Origin: an uncultured Armatimonadetes bacterium
Lineage (GTDB): Bacteria > Armatimonadota > UBA5829 > DTJY01
Direction of reading: 5' to 3'
DNA: 64,000 nucleotides
Assembly: GCA_963717145.1 (NCBI GenBank)
Contig: OY970325.1
Coordinates: forward strand, 1,120,001-1,184,000
Shown here one piece after another: positions 1 to 10,600 of this stretch (its first letter is position 1; the number at the start of each line of letters is the position of its first letter). The position numbers and the translations under genes are program-made. The notes beneath the pieces are model-generated. The model was not told the DNA's origin. It saw nothing but the letters and a program-made list of their open reading frames with translations, and made no database searches.

Positions 1-1388
1 AAGTGCCCGTAGAGGGCTTCCAGCGCGGTCTGGAGTTCCACAGGGATGCTCAATGGGTCGAGGGTGCTGGTTTTGCCCCTGCGCTTCTTTGGCATCCGGC
101 TTCGGATGTGTTCCCAGAGGTTGCGGAACACCGGAACCTCCTCGCCTGGAATGTTGTCCGCCACTGGCACCCGTGGCAGCTTGACGATCCCGCATTCGAT
201 GGCGTCCATCAGCGAGAAGTCGCTCATCGTCCAGGGGAACAGGGTACCCTCAGCATAGCCCGAACCGCGCAGGAAGAATGGTGTCGCCGACAAGTCTATC
301 AGGTGTGTAAGCCCGAGCTTGCGGTTGACTATCTCCAGGCCGGATATCCAGAGACGCGCAGCCTCGTTGTTCTTCTCGGCTTCTTTCTTATCGTCACTGG
401 TCAGGTCTTCCTCATCATCACGGCCCGGCTTCTCGCGGTAGCAGTGGTGCGCCTCATCGTTGATGACCAGGATATTCTTCATGCCCATCAGACCGGGCAT
501 CACGCGCTGGAGCATCTGACCCTCGGTCTCAAGCGTGTTGAGCGCCTCACCACGGCCCTGGAGCAGGGATCGGCCACCTTTGGATAGCTCCATCCTCTCC
601 TTGAGCTTGAATGCGTGGTAGTTGGTGATGACGATCTTGGCCCGTTCGAGGTCGGCGAGCATGTCGTTGGGGACGAGTTCGCGGCTCTGGTAGTAGCTGT
701 CCGGATCGTTCGGCTGGAGCACACGAAGACGATCCCTGATGGTTATGCCGGGCGTGACCACGAGGAATCCTCGTGTGAACTTCTTGCTGTTCGGGCGGCG
801 CACAGCATTGACGGTCTGCCAGGCGATCAGCATGGCCATAACGGTCGTCTTGCCCGCGCCGGTGGCGAGCTTCAATGCCATTCGCAGCAATTCGGGGTTC
901 GCGTCGGCGTTGGCATTGACCAGATGCTCCAGGAAGTCCCTGCCGGCCTTCTCGTTCGGTGCGACCTCAGTCAACCAGATTGCGGTTTCTGCGGCTTCCA
1001 CCTGACAGAAAAACGGTCGGAAACTGCTGAACTTGTGATGCCGCCAGTGTTGGAGCAGCCGCGCTGTCTCAGGGGTAACCTTCCAGTCGCTGGGGTTTGG
1101 TATGTTGCGCCACTTGTCCACATGGCTGCGGAGAGCATTGATCACCGAGGTGGGATCGTACTGCTGCTCTGCCGTCGTCAGCCCTTTACCTTCATCGAAG
1201 AGCAACGATGTCTGTTCCGCCGCCGCTTTGCGCTTCCTCGGCTTCGGGATCGGCGTGATGAACTCCGCACGCCGCCGGCTCTCGATGATCTGCTGTGTAG
1301 GCTGGCCCTGCTCATCGAGTTCCCAGTGACGCGTCGGGTACTCGTACGGAGAGTTCAGGATGGGCTTCTCGAAGAATAGGTTTCCCAC
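1..1388 (-). CDS. Type III restriction enzyme Res-like subunit (SF2 helicase), N-terminal part; runs off the window edge
   Basis: Absent from the ORF track because it has no stop in the window. Manual translation from GTG at 1388 gives MGNLFFEKPILNSPYEYPTRHWELD...RPFFCQVEAAETAIWL...ALKLATGAGKTTVMAMLIAW...VINDEAHHCY...DLSATPFF, with Walker A, DEAH and SAT motifs. Confidence 0.88.
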   Translation of the reverse strand, partial: MGNLFFEKPILNSPYEYPTRHWELDEQGQPTQQIIESRRRAEFITPIPKPRKRKAAAEQTSLLFDEGKGLTTAEQQYDPTSVINALRSHVDKWRNIPNPSDWKVTPETARLLQHWRHHKFSSFRPFFCQVEAAETAIWLTEVAPNEKAGRDFLEHLVNANADANPELLRMALKLATGAGKTTVMAMLIAWQTVNAVRRPNSKKFTRGFLVVTPGITIRDRLRVLQPNDPDSYYQSRELVPNDMLADLERAKIVITNYHAFKLKERMELSKGGRSLLQGRGEALNTLETEGQMLQRVMPGLMGMKNILVINDEAHHCYREKPGRDDEEDLTSDDKKEAEKNNEAARLWISGLEIVNRKLGLTHLIDLSATPFFLRGSGYAEGTLFPWTMSDFSLMDAIECGIVKLPRVPVADNIPGEEVPVFRNLWEHIRSRMPKKRRGKTSTLDPLSIPVELQTALEALYGH

Positions 1389-2017
1389 TTCCGTTCATCT
1401 CCTGGCAGGCAGAGATGACCACTCAGAGAGCGGCGGCCTCTCAAACCATCCTACGTCGTCACTTGCGGATGTGATGCGCTTCGCATGGTGGGCGTATGGT
1501 GGAACTATTCGACGTGTGGGTATCGCTGTCCTGCTTGGGCCACGCGGTACCAAATCGGTGTTGTATGGAAGTGGTGCGCGACAACCATGTCGTGTCGGCC
1601 ACTTCGGGGGTCCGCATATGGTTTCGTTCCCCAGGCGTTCGGTCGAAGTTAATCTGGACCGAGCGTTGTATGTGTGTCGGCGATTGCTTGCTTAGTGGTC
1701 TAGCGGTAACTATACAATCTCTTGCAGATAAGCCATATATATAAGTTTGGGGTCGCTCATTCATGGGTAAACAAGCAAACAGTTTCACCTATGGAGGATT
1801 AGGGAAGACTATGCCGGCTTGCCGCAACTAGCTCGGCGAAGAATCCCACGCCTCTTAGCTTCACCCGATGCACCACCTGATCTACCTGTCACAACTTATG
1901 CCATGACGGCAGCCAAGGAATGGAAGCCCCGATATTATGGGCCGTTCGCAAGTCGATTCGTAGACCTGCGGGCTCTTCCCATGTGTGATTCTCTATCAGC
2001 GAAAGGATGATCTGACT

Positions 2018-5000
2018 ATGCGCCCTGCCATGCTCCACCTGCGTCTGACTCTCTTGCTTGCCTTGCTCGGAGGCATGATGTTCATGCTGGCCGGTACGCC
2101 CGCTAGCTCCCAGAATGAATATGAACTCAAGCGGGGCAACTTCCATGTGCACTCGAATATCAGCAACAAACTGCCACCTATAACGTCAAGCTGCTATTGG
2201 GATTGGCCTCCTGTTGCCCCTGATCACGCATTCGCTGGCCAACCGGATGATGTGATGGCCGATTCGCACACAAGCGGGCTCGATGTGGTAGGTTTCTCAG
2301 AACACGGAGGAAAGATTAACCATGATGACACGTTTTTGCAGTATGATGAGTGGACATATCTTCGGAACATCGCAAGGGCTGGTGGGCCGGTTGCGCTCAG
2401 AGGCTTCGAGTGGACTGGTCAGCAACACGTGAACGTTTTCGGGACCGAGCATTATTGTGACGTGACCAACTGGTGTACCACTGGTGATCCAGAACCAACC
2501 TCAGACAATTTCAGCAGCCTTGCCAGTTGGCTTCTGGAGGAACCGCACTGGACGAATGGAAAACCACCAGTTGCCCAATTCAACCACATCGGATCTGGGA
2601 GCAACTTCGGCGGTTTCGCTTGGCCAGGCGGGTATAGTACATACCTGGACAGCATATTCTGTCTAGCAGAGCTGACCACAGATCCGCTTGGCAGGCAAGA
2701 CATATACCTGAGGGCAGGTGCATACGAGAGTATTTACAGCGAGGCTTTGCAGGCTGGATGGCACGTTGCCCCATCGATAGGCAGTGACAATCAGCTCCGC
2801 ATAGGTCAGAGTGCGGCTGACCATCATACTGGTCTGTGGATAGATGCTGGACAGGTGGGGACACGTGATGGTGTAATGGAAGCCCTGAGGTCGCGCCGTG
2901 TGTTTGCCTCGGAGGACAAGAACTTCGAATTACGTGTTCAGGTCGTCATCGATGGCGAGACAGCCATTCACTGGATGGGTGAAGTGGTTACTCTGGAGGA
3001 AGGTAGAGGGGTCACCTTTCGGATCCGCGCATACGATCCAGATGCGCAGGATGCCATGCAGTCCATCTTCCTTGTATCTCCCAACAGAGGCGTTTTCCTC
3101 CCAAGTACCGTTAGTGATCAGGGTGACCTTACGCACACATGCCACATAGAGGCAGACAAGATTCTTGATCGGGTCGGCAAGACTGATCGGGCGGAGCGGT
3201 GTTTGTTCCTGCGTGTCACGCAGCAGGACGGGGATTCGGTGTACTCAGCGCCGATGTGGCTCAAGCCGACATCAGGGTCCGATCCGCCGCCAACTCCGAC
3301 CGTGGCCGCTCCTACCCTCAGTATAGGCGGTGGCGGATTCGGTTCTGTGCAGAATGTTATCATAGACTGCGCGACAGATGGAGCAACCATATATTACACT
3401 ATCGACGGCTCCACACCCACACAGAGCTCTCCCACGTTAGCTCGCGGTGGAACCATCAGGATCGACCACAGCCTTACCCTGAAAGCAAGAGCATACAAGG
3501 ATGGAGAGTGGAGCGAGGTTGCCTCCGCGGTCTTCGTGATAACCGGCGCTATCAGGGTCTGCGCGTATGCCGACCAGAACTTGAACGGCCAGTTTGACGC
3601 GGGCGAGGCATTGCCCCACTGGCCATTCCGCATTGTAGGCGGAAGCCAAACGTATGAGACCGGAGTAGACGGTTGTGCCATCATCTCCGGGTTTGATGCC
3701 GGCGCGTATGCCGTAACGCAGGCGGTCGGTGATTTGGACGGTAACGGCAACTTCTCGTTCGGGGGCAAACGCTATCACGCGTTCGATGGACTCAGCCAAA
3801 CGCCTACCGTCGTACCTGGTCAGACCGTGAACGTGTCCTTCCGAAACGTCTGCCTCGGCGCGATCCAGGCAACCGTGTTCAACGATAGAGACATGAATGG
3901 CCAACTGGGTGGCGGTGAGATCGATCCCGATATGAACCAGTGGCCGCTCACACTCACAGGCACACTGATCAACAATAGCCCGGCTGAGACAGTCCCGGGC
4001 CATGCGGGCGCTGATGGCATATGCGTATTCCCAGACCTGTTCCCAGGGACCTATACCGTCAGTGAAGATGGCAGTGGGATTGCATGGGTGAAGACCAGCC
4101 CGTGTGGAACGTACTGCGATCTCAAGGCTGATTGGAACGGCAGGCGCTGGATATTCACGGTGGCTAAGGAAGAGGGCCAAGGTCCTGCCTACTCAAGCAC
4201 CTGTGACCTCGCTACGCCGCCGTCCGTGGGCGGCATTGTGATCGGCTGCAGCGACAACAAGAGATTCCAATTCGGCAACACGTGCCTGAACCCTGTGACG
4301 GTCACGAAGTTCAGGGACCTCGATATGGACGGGTCGAAGGGCGGCTCAGAGGAAAGACTCAACGACTGGCCGCTCAGGCTGACCGGGACAAGAGTCAACG
4401 GCCAGGTCATATGCCCGGATGAGGTACTGACTAGCGGCGGCGGCACACACACCTTCGCTGACCTTGCTCCAGGTTCTTATGCGGTGGCAGAAGATGGCCA
4501 CGGCATCGTCTGGGAAAAAGTCCAGACCGACTGCCCACCCATCGCCTACTGCGACTGGCGCACGACCTGGAACGGCGGAAGATGGCAGGCGACGGCTCCT
4601 CGTCCGCCGGATAACTGTGCCGCCGCAGGGCCTGTGCCCTCACTCGGCTTCAACGTCGCCTGCGGTCCCATAGCACCACTCGACTTCGGCAATGTTTGCT
4701 TAACGACGATCAGCGCCGAGAAGTTCAAGGACTGCAACATGGATGCCGTCTGGGATATGGATGAAGTCGCCCTGAGCAACTGGCCGATGAAGTTGGTCGG
4801 CACCAGGCGGGATGGCAGGCCAATCTGCACTAGATACGGGATGACTGGCGGCGACGGTAAGTACGTAGTCGCCGATCTCGCGCCAGGTAACTACGTGGCA
4901 AGCGAGGAATCGGATCCCTTGGCGGCGAAGCAGATCCAGTGGGAGAAGCATCAGACGACCTGCGGAACCATCAGCTACTGTGACTGGCGAACCTGGTGGA

Positions 5001-6877
5001 ATAATGATCGCTGGCAGGCGACGAACCCCAGGCCGGCGGACGACTGCAATGATGCAGGGAACGCTCCTGCGCTTGGCGTCGCTCTGGAATGCATCCCGCA
5101 GAGAGCGGTTTTCGGCAACGTGCCGTTGAGAACCGTCAGCGCCTTTACCTATCACGACCTCAACCTGACTGGCAAGTACGAGAAGGACGGCGAGCCATTC
5201 GTCGATGCAGACGGGGACGGAGTGTGGGATACCGCAGAGCCGTTTACCGATCTGCCTCCCTGCAACGGCACACGGGACTCGGACGAGTTCTTCTTCGACA
5301 GGAACAAGAACGGTGTTTGGGAGACTGCGGAACCGTTCACCGATCTCGACGCTGACGGCCAGTATGATCCGGCGGAGTGCCCTGTCCACTCGTGGCCGTA
5401 TGCTCTTCTGGGTAGCCGAGCCGACAACCGGCCGCTCTGCCCCAAAGGTCTCACCGACAGCACCGGCTGGATCACTTTCCCCGATATTCCTCCGAGCAAT
5501 GCACTGGGATACACGCTCAAGGAAGACTTGTCATGGTGCCCTGTCTTGTTGGGATGGCCCGGACAGGATCCCATCCTGCGCACAACCCTGCCGATCACAC
5601 CCATCTGCACTGGATATGGCGGCGGCAATCTCGTTGACCGCTGGCAGGCGACTACCCCTGTCCGCACGGATTTTGTCCTTCAGTGCGAGCAGAGTCGGTC
5701 GGACAGCTTCGGAAATGTCGGTCTGGCGAGAGTAGACGGGGTCAACAAAGTGTACGATGACGGCATGCCCGGCCAGGGAACACCCAGGCCGGGAGTCGGC
5801 TGGAAGATAGACCTTGCCGGACAGGATCACTACGGGCGGAATGTCGTCGCGAGCTTCCCCGAGTGTGCGCTCCTCCTACCTGCGTCCAAGTCGCCGATCG
5901 CCATACCTTGCCGGACTCCCGGCTGGTATGAGACGACGGTCGACGCGGACGGCAATTTCGCCTTCGTCGATCTGCTGCCCGGCCACTACCATCTCGCCGA
6001 GCAGCCGAATCCCGACTACCGATTGGCAATCGACAAACCAATGCTATGCGGTTTCGATGTCATGGCCACCCCATGGACGGTCGAGCTTCAGAACATTAAC
6101 AAGAGCCTCGCCTGGAAGGTCTACCAGGTCTACCCAGGCGATTCCATCGGGACCGAGACGAACTACTTCGGTCACCTGGGCACGTCGGGCGATCCGATCC
6201 TCGCCGTCCCAGGCGTGCTGCAGATCGGGCCAGGGAACAACTGGGAGAACTACAAGCAGGCTCCGCAACTCTGCCGTGAGTCACCGGCCAAGAACACGGT
6301 TCTCATCAAGGAATCCCCCGTGTTCTCACAGTGCGCAGACATCTTCCCTGCGGTGAGCATCCGGCAGGCGGGATCGTCAAACCTGCGTCTTCAATGGCCG
6401 CTGATGTATGAGACACCGGGCACGATGTGGACTCTCAAGCTCACCTACGGTACCAAGACGCCGGTCCAGTTCCCCGGAGAGGCTGTGGAGGGATACTTCC
6501 ACCAGGATGAGTGGAGATGGGTGGTGGACACGGACATCCCCAACATGCTCCTTCTACTGGATCTTTTCCACGAGGTCCCCTTCGGCGCCGACGAGGTGCC
6601 TCTCATCTCCGACGAGCTTCTCTATTGGGCACTCGGACAGAAGCTCACGGATATTGGAACGCTCGCGACCAGGAAGGATATGGTGAACGCCGGCCTGTTG
6701 CTCGGGGAGTTCGAGATGGAGGTCATGGATGCATGTATCGGCGTATCACCCTCCAAGCCCAATCCGACTGGGCCGCAGACGGGCGTAGCTCAGACGCTTG
6801 AGAATCCGGCGTGCTGCAAGCTGCTCGTTGACGCCGAGTACATCGGGAAGAAGCTCGGCATCATGCAGCCGAGATAG
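2018..6877 (+). CDS. Giant secreted protein: signal peptide, PHP-family metallohydrolase, CHB_HEX_C/Fn3-like domain, SdrD-B/Cna-like repeats, Asp-rich Ca-binding repeats, C-terminal domain of unknown function
   Basis: PHP motifs GNFHVHS, SEH, GFEWT, HVNVF, QFNH and GSDN. GATIYYTIDGSTPT matches CHB_HEX_C. Repeated F-x-D-x-D-x-D-G...E..L..WP units and EPFxDxxxxGxWD repeats. ATG 2018 chosen after AAGGA. Confidence 0.8.
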   Translation: MRPAMLHLRLTLLLALLGGMMFMLAGTPASSQNEYELKRGNFHVHSNISNKLPPITSSCYWDWPPVAPDHAFAGQPDDVMADSHTSGLDVVGFSEHGGKINHDDTFLQYDEWTYLRNIARAGGPVALRGFEWTGQQHVNVFGTEHYCDVTNWCTTGDPEPTSDNFSSLASWLLEEPHWTNGKPPVAQFNHIGSGSNFGGFAWPGGYSTYLDSIFCLAELTTDPLGRQDIYLRAGAYESIYSEALQAGWHVAPSIGSDNQLRIGQSAADHHTGLWIDAGQVGTRDGVMEALRSRRVFASEDKNFELRVQVVIDGETAIHWMGEVVTLEEGRGVTFRIRAYDPDAQDAMQSIFLVSPNRGVFLPSTVSDQGDLTHTCHIEADKILDRVGKTDRAERCLFLRVTQQDGDSVYSAPMWLKPTSGSDPPPTPTVAAPTLSIGGGGFGSVQNVIIDCATDGATIYYTIDGSTPTQSSPTLARGGTIRIDHSLTLKARAYKDGEWSEVASAVFVITGAIRVCAYADQNLNGQFDAGEALPHWPFRIVGGSQTYETGVDGCAIISGFDAGAYAVTQAVGDLDGNGNFSFGGKRYHAFDGLSQTPTVVPGQTVNVSFRNVCLGAIQATVFNDRDMNGQLGGGEIDPDMNQWPLTLTGTLINNSPAETVPGHAGADGICVFPDLFPGTYTVSEDGSGIAWVKTSPCGTYCDLKADWNGRRWIFTVAKEEGQGPAYSSTCDLATPPSVGGIVIGCSDNKRFQFGNTCLNPVTVTKFRDLDMDGSKGGSEERLNDWPLRLTGTRVNGQVICPDEVLTSGGGTHTFADLAPGSYAVAEDGHGIVWEKVQTDCPPIAYCDWRTTWNGGRWQATAPRPPDNCAAAGPVPSLGFNVACGPIAPLDFGNVCLTTISAEKFKDCNMDAVWDMDEVALSNWPMKLVGTRRDGRPICTRYGMTGGDGKYVVADLAPGNYVASEESDPLAAKQIQWEKHQTTCGTISYCDWRTWWNNDRWQATNPRPADDCNDAGNAPALGVALECIPQRAVFGNVPLRTVSAFTYHDLNLTGKYEKDGEPFVDADGDGVWDTAEPFTDLPPCNGTRDSDEFFFDRNKNGVWETAEPFTDLDADGQYDPAECPVHSWPYALLGSRADNRPLCPKGLTDSTGWITFPDIPPSNALGYTLKEDLSWCPVLLGWPGQDPILRTTLPITPICTGYGGGNLVDRWQATTPVRTDFVLQCEQSRSDSFGNVGLARVDGVNKVYDDGMPGQGTPRPGVGWKIDLAGQDHYGRNVVASFPECALLLPASKSPIAIPCRTPGWYETTVDADGNFAFVDLLPGHYHLAEQPNPDYRLAIDKPMLCGFDVMATPWTVELQNINKSLAWKVYQVYPGDSIGTETNYFGHLGTSGDPILAVPGVLQIGPGNNWENYKQAPQLCRESPAKNTVLIKESPVFSQCADIFPAVSIRQAGSSNLRLQWPLMYETPGTMWTLKLTYGTKTPVQFPGEAVEGYFHQDEWRWVVDTDIPNMLLLLDLFHEVPFGADEVPLISDELLYWALGQKLTDIGTLATRKDMVNAGLLLGEFEMEVMDACIGVSPSKPNPTGPQTGVAQTLENPACCKLLVDAEYIGKKLGIMQPR

Positions 6878-7260
6878 GACGCGTAGGTGGACTACTGAAC
6901 TGGTATCGGAAGGTTTGAGGCGGTGGCATTCATCACGTGGCCGCCTCTCTAGCGCAGTGACGCGAAGGCTTAAGGAAGCGCCTGTAATCACGTCGGCAGC
7001 GATGGCTATGGATCGTATCCGGGTTGGGTCTAAGCGATACATCGACGGCTTCGGATAGCTCAAGAGGCATATGGCGGTAAGTTGGGTACTGCCACCAAAC
7101 ACGCCCTGCTCTTGACCGACGACCTACTGTGCTGATAGGCAGGGCAACTCCCTGCTCCACGGAGATCGTTACAGCAGAGAATGGATTGCGTAGTGTCCGC
7201 GACTCACGATACTGATCTCGAAAACAGGGATTGCGTCGGATGGCTTGTGTCCATTCCCCC

Positions 7261-7280
7261 AATTCCCCCTGGCGCTACCA
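7261..7280 (+). mobile_element. tRNA 3'-end fragment, putative attR of an island lying to the left
   Basis: AATT-CCCCC-TGGCGCT-A-CCA fits the end of a T-loop, 5-nt T-stem, 7-nt acceptor strand, discriminator and CCA. No tRNA 5' half lies upstream. Confidence 0.65.
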
Positions 7281-7290
7281 CACGAACCTC

Positions 7291-7341
7291 ACGGCCCGTC
7301 CCTGATCCCGGCTCAAACCGCGGATGGGGCGGGCCGTTTTT
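7291..7341 (+). terminator. Rho-independent terminator after the tRNA fragment
   Basis: ACGGCCCGTCCC pairs with GGGGCGGGCCGT, followed by a T-run. Confidence 0.7.
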
Positions 7342-7506
7342 CTGTGTCCGCGCCGCGAATAACGAGCCTTACTGCAACGGGCGTGTCTATCGGATCGACT
7401 CCTGCGCTGTTTCCTGTCGATCGGTTTGGCGAATACGACCACCGGAATGGAACAGGATGGTCACCAACTGACGCGCCGTGCGGGAGCATCGCTCAAAAAT
7501 GATCGC

Positions 7507-7535
7507 TTGACAATCGTTCGAGTTGGGACTATATT
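7507..7535 (+). promoter_or_regulatory. Sigma70-type promoter for the GHL10 gene
   Basis: TTGACA-17 nt-TATATT. Confidence 0.65.
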
Positions 7536-7670
7536 GCGAACAGGAGGTACGCCTATCGAATAGAAGGATCGAGCTTCGGCATCCATTTCCCAGATTCGTA
7601 TGATCCCGCGTAATGGCGGGGCGGGGAGCTTGCCCGCATGGTGGCCACCAGAAGGACAAGAACGGTAAGA

Positions 7671-10600
7671 ATGCTCAAGGTAAGACAGGTTGTCTGTACC
7701 GCGATGTTGTTACTCCTGCTGGTTGCATCGGCAGGTTATGCCCAGGAGTTCCGATCCATCGAGATTACGGCATGGGGGTCGGGCTTCGAGAGCGCATCAG
7801 CGTGCACAGCGCTGGTCAACTACGCAGATTCCTGCAATCTCAACTGCATCATCCCTGAACTCAGGCTCAGATGCGACGCGTACTACAATTCCAACTTCGA
7901 ACCCCCCGGCACAGGTGTCGCCCCGTCACCCGCGGGTTTTGACTCTCTGGCCGATCTCATAACCAAGGCCCACGCCGCTGGTATCGAAGTCCACCCCTGG
8001 GTCGTGACTTTCCGCGTCTGGACGACAGTCGACGGACCCGCGCACATGTCTCCGGAGCACATCTGGTATACGCATGGTCCCGGGCAGAGCGATCCGGACG
8101 AGGACTGGCTCATGTACAGCGACACGGGCGCTTGGAGCTACGGCGGCGTGTCCAACCTCGATCCGGGCGTCCCGGCGGTTGAGGACTACCTCATCAGCGT
8201 GTTCATGGATATGGTGAACAACTACGATGTGGACGGCCTCAACCTGGACTACATCCGGTATCCTCAGACGAGTTGGGGCTATAACCCCAAGGCCGTCGCC
8301 AGATTCAACGCCGAGTATGGGTTGAGCGGCAACCCTTCGTCCAGCAATACCACATGGCAGAACTGGCGCAGAGATCAGATCTCCAATCTGGTGAAGCGGC
8401 TGTATCTCGAGATCAAGGCCGTCAAGCCTTGGGTCAAGCTGAGCGCCGACGTATGGAACTCGGCAACCACGGGGAACAACAGCTACTTCCAGAACTGGGA
8501 TCACTGGATGGCGAACCACTGGCTGGACTTCGCGCATCCGATGTCCTACACGTCCACCAACTCCACCTTCAGTGGCTGGTGCGATGCTTATGTAAACAAC
8601 GCGCACGGACGGCACGTATATCCGCTGGTCGATGCCTCAAACAGCATCACCGGGAATGTGCTTCCGCAGATCGACTCCGTGCGAACGCATGACTTCGCCG
8701 GCACCGGGCTCTATGCGTACAGCTCGATCCCGAACAAGTCGGCGCTCCAGAGCGCATTGGTCAGCGGCCCATTCCCGACGGCTGTCGGGATGCCTGACAT
8801 GCCCTGGCTCAGCACCCCCACCCTCGGGATGCTGAAAGGGTATGTTAAGACCGGCGCCGGTGTAGCCATCTATCCTGCGACCGTCACCATCCAGAGCAGG
8901 AACACAAAGAACACCGGCACGGGTTTCTATGGGTTCGTCGACCTGACGACCGGTACATACACCGTTACGGCCAGTGCGCCGGGATACGTCAACGTCAATG
9001 GCCAGGTGACTATCACCGCGGGCCAGGTCGCTACTCTCAACCTGACAATGGGCTCAGACACGACTCCGCCGACGATATCGAACGTGCGGACGGCCAATGT
9101 TCAGGCGACGAATGCCCAGGTCCTCTGGGACACGAATGAGGGCGCGACGAGCCAGGTCGAGTACGGCTTGACCACCGGCTATGGAAACCAGACGACCGAG
9201 AACATGGCGCTCGTTACCGCGCATACCGTCCAACTCGTCAATCTGACGGGGAACACGCTCTATCACTATCGAGTGAAGAGCAGGGACGGCGCGGGCAACC
9301 TGAGGACCTCGAGCGACTACACGTTCACAACCGCGCCAGGTGATACCGTTGCCGATATCATCATCGACAACACATCCGCCACGCTTGTCGGCAGTTGGAC
9401 CACGGGCACATCCGCCACCGACAAGTACGGCACGAACTACTACTACTGCACCACCGCCGCAAGCGAGACCAAGTCGGCACGGTGGACGCCGAACATCATC
9501 ACCGCCGGCAACTACGACGTCTACGTCTGGTATCCCGCGGGATCGAACCGTACCGCCATGGCGCCGTACACCGTGTACTGGAACGGCGGCTCGCAGACCT
9601 ACACCGTCAACCAGAAGGTCAGCGGCGGCGTATGGAACCTCATCGCCGAGACCAAGCCGTTTGCGATCGGCACGGGCGGCTCCGTGAAGCTGGGTAACGG
9701 CACAGGTGAATCGGCGCTGAACGTCATGGCTGACGCCGTCAAGTTCGTCTATCCGCAGGCGGCCGATACCGAAGATCCGACGGTCCCGACGAACCTGAAT
9801 GCCGTCGCGATCTCAGGCACGCAGGTCGATCTCACGTGGACCGCGTCAACCGACAACATAGGGGTCACGGGCTACAAGATCTACCGCGACAGCGTGGAGA
9901 TCGACACGAGCACGACTCCGTCGTATTCCGATACCACCTGCACGTCGATGACGACATACAGCTATCGCGTATCGGCCTACGATGCTGCGAGTAATGAGTC
10001 CGGCCTGAGCACCGCGGACGTCGTGACGACGCCCGACTCAGCGCCGCCTACCGTGCCGACGAATCTCTCGGCAACAGCGATCTCTCAGACTCAGATCAAC
10101 CTGAGCTGGACCGCTTCCACCGATAACGTCGGTGTGACGGGCTACAACGTCTACAGAGACGGCGATTACCTGACCACCGTCGCAGGCGCGAGCTGCTCGG
10201 ACACGAACTGCGTGGCGAATACTCTCTACACCTACCAGGTGACGGCATTCGACGCGGCGGGCAATGAGTCCGGGCTGAGCACGCAGGCGTCGGCTACCAC
10301 GCTGGCCAGCACGGACATAGTGATGGACAACCCGGCCGCCGTGTTTGTCGGAAGCTGGATCGTCGGCACGACGTCCAGCGACAAGTACGGCGCGGACTAT
10401 GAGTTCGCCACGACCGCGGCCACCGAGACGGCGACCGCGACATGGACTCCGAATATCGGTGTCTCCGGGTACTACGTGGTCTACTGCTGGTATCCGCAGG
10501 GTGCGAACCGCTCCTCCGCTGCTCCCTATACCGTGAACTGGAACGGCGGATCGCAGACGGTCAACGTGAACCAGACCACAGGCGGCGGAACGTGGAACAC

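Noticed and set aside
3-1379. Plus-strand ORFs 3-587 and 615-1379
   Set aside because: They are antisense shadows of the minus-strand restriction helicase gene.
7200-7280. Intact tRNA gene
   Set aside because: Only the last 20 nt fit; no D-arm, anticodon arm or 5' acceptor strand lies upstream.
7540-7670. Riboswitch (c-di-AMP or c-di-GMP) in the leaders of the cell-wall hydrolase genes
   Set aside because: Hairpins are present, but I could not match the consensus motifs by eye; an Infernal search is needed.
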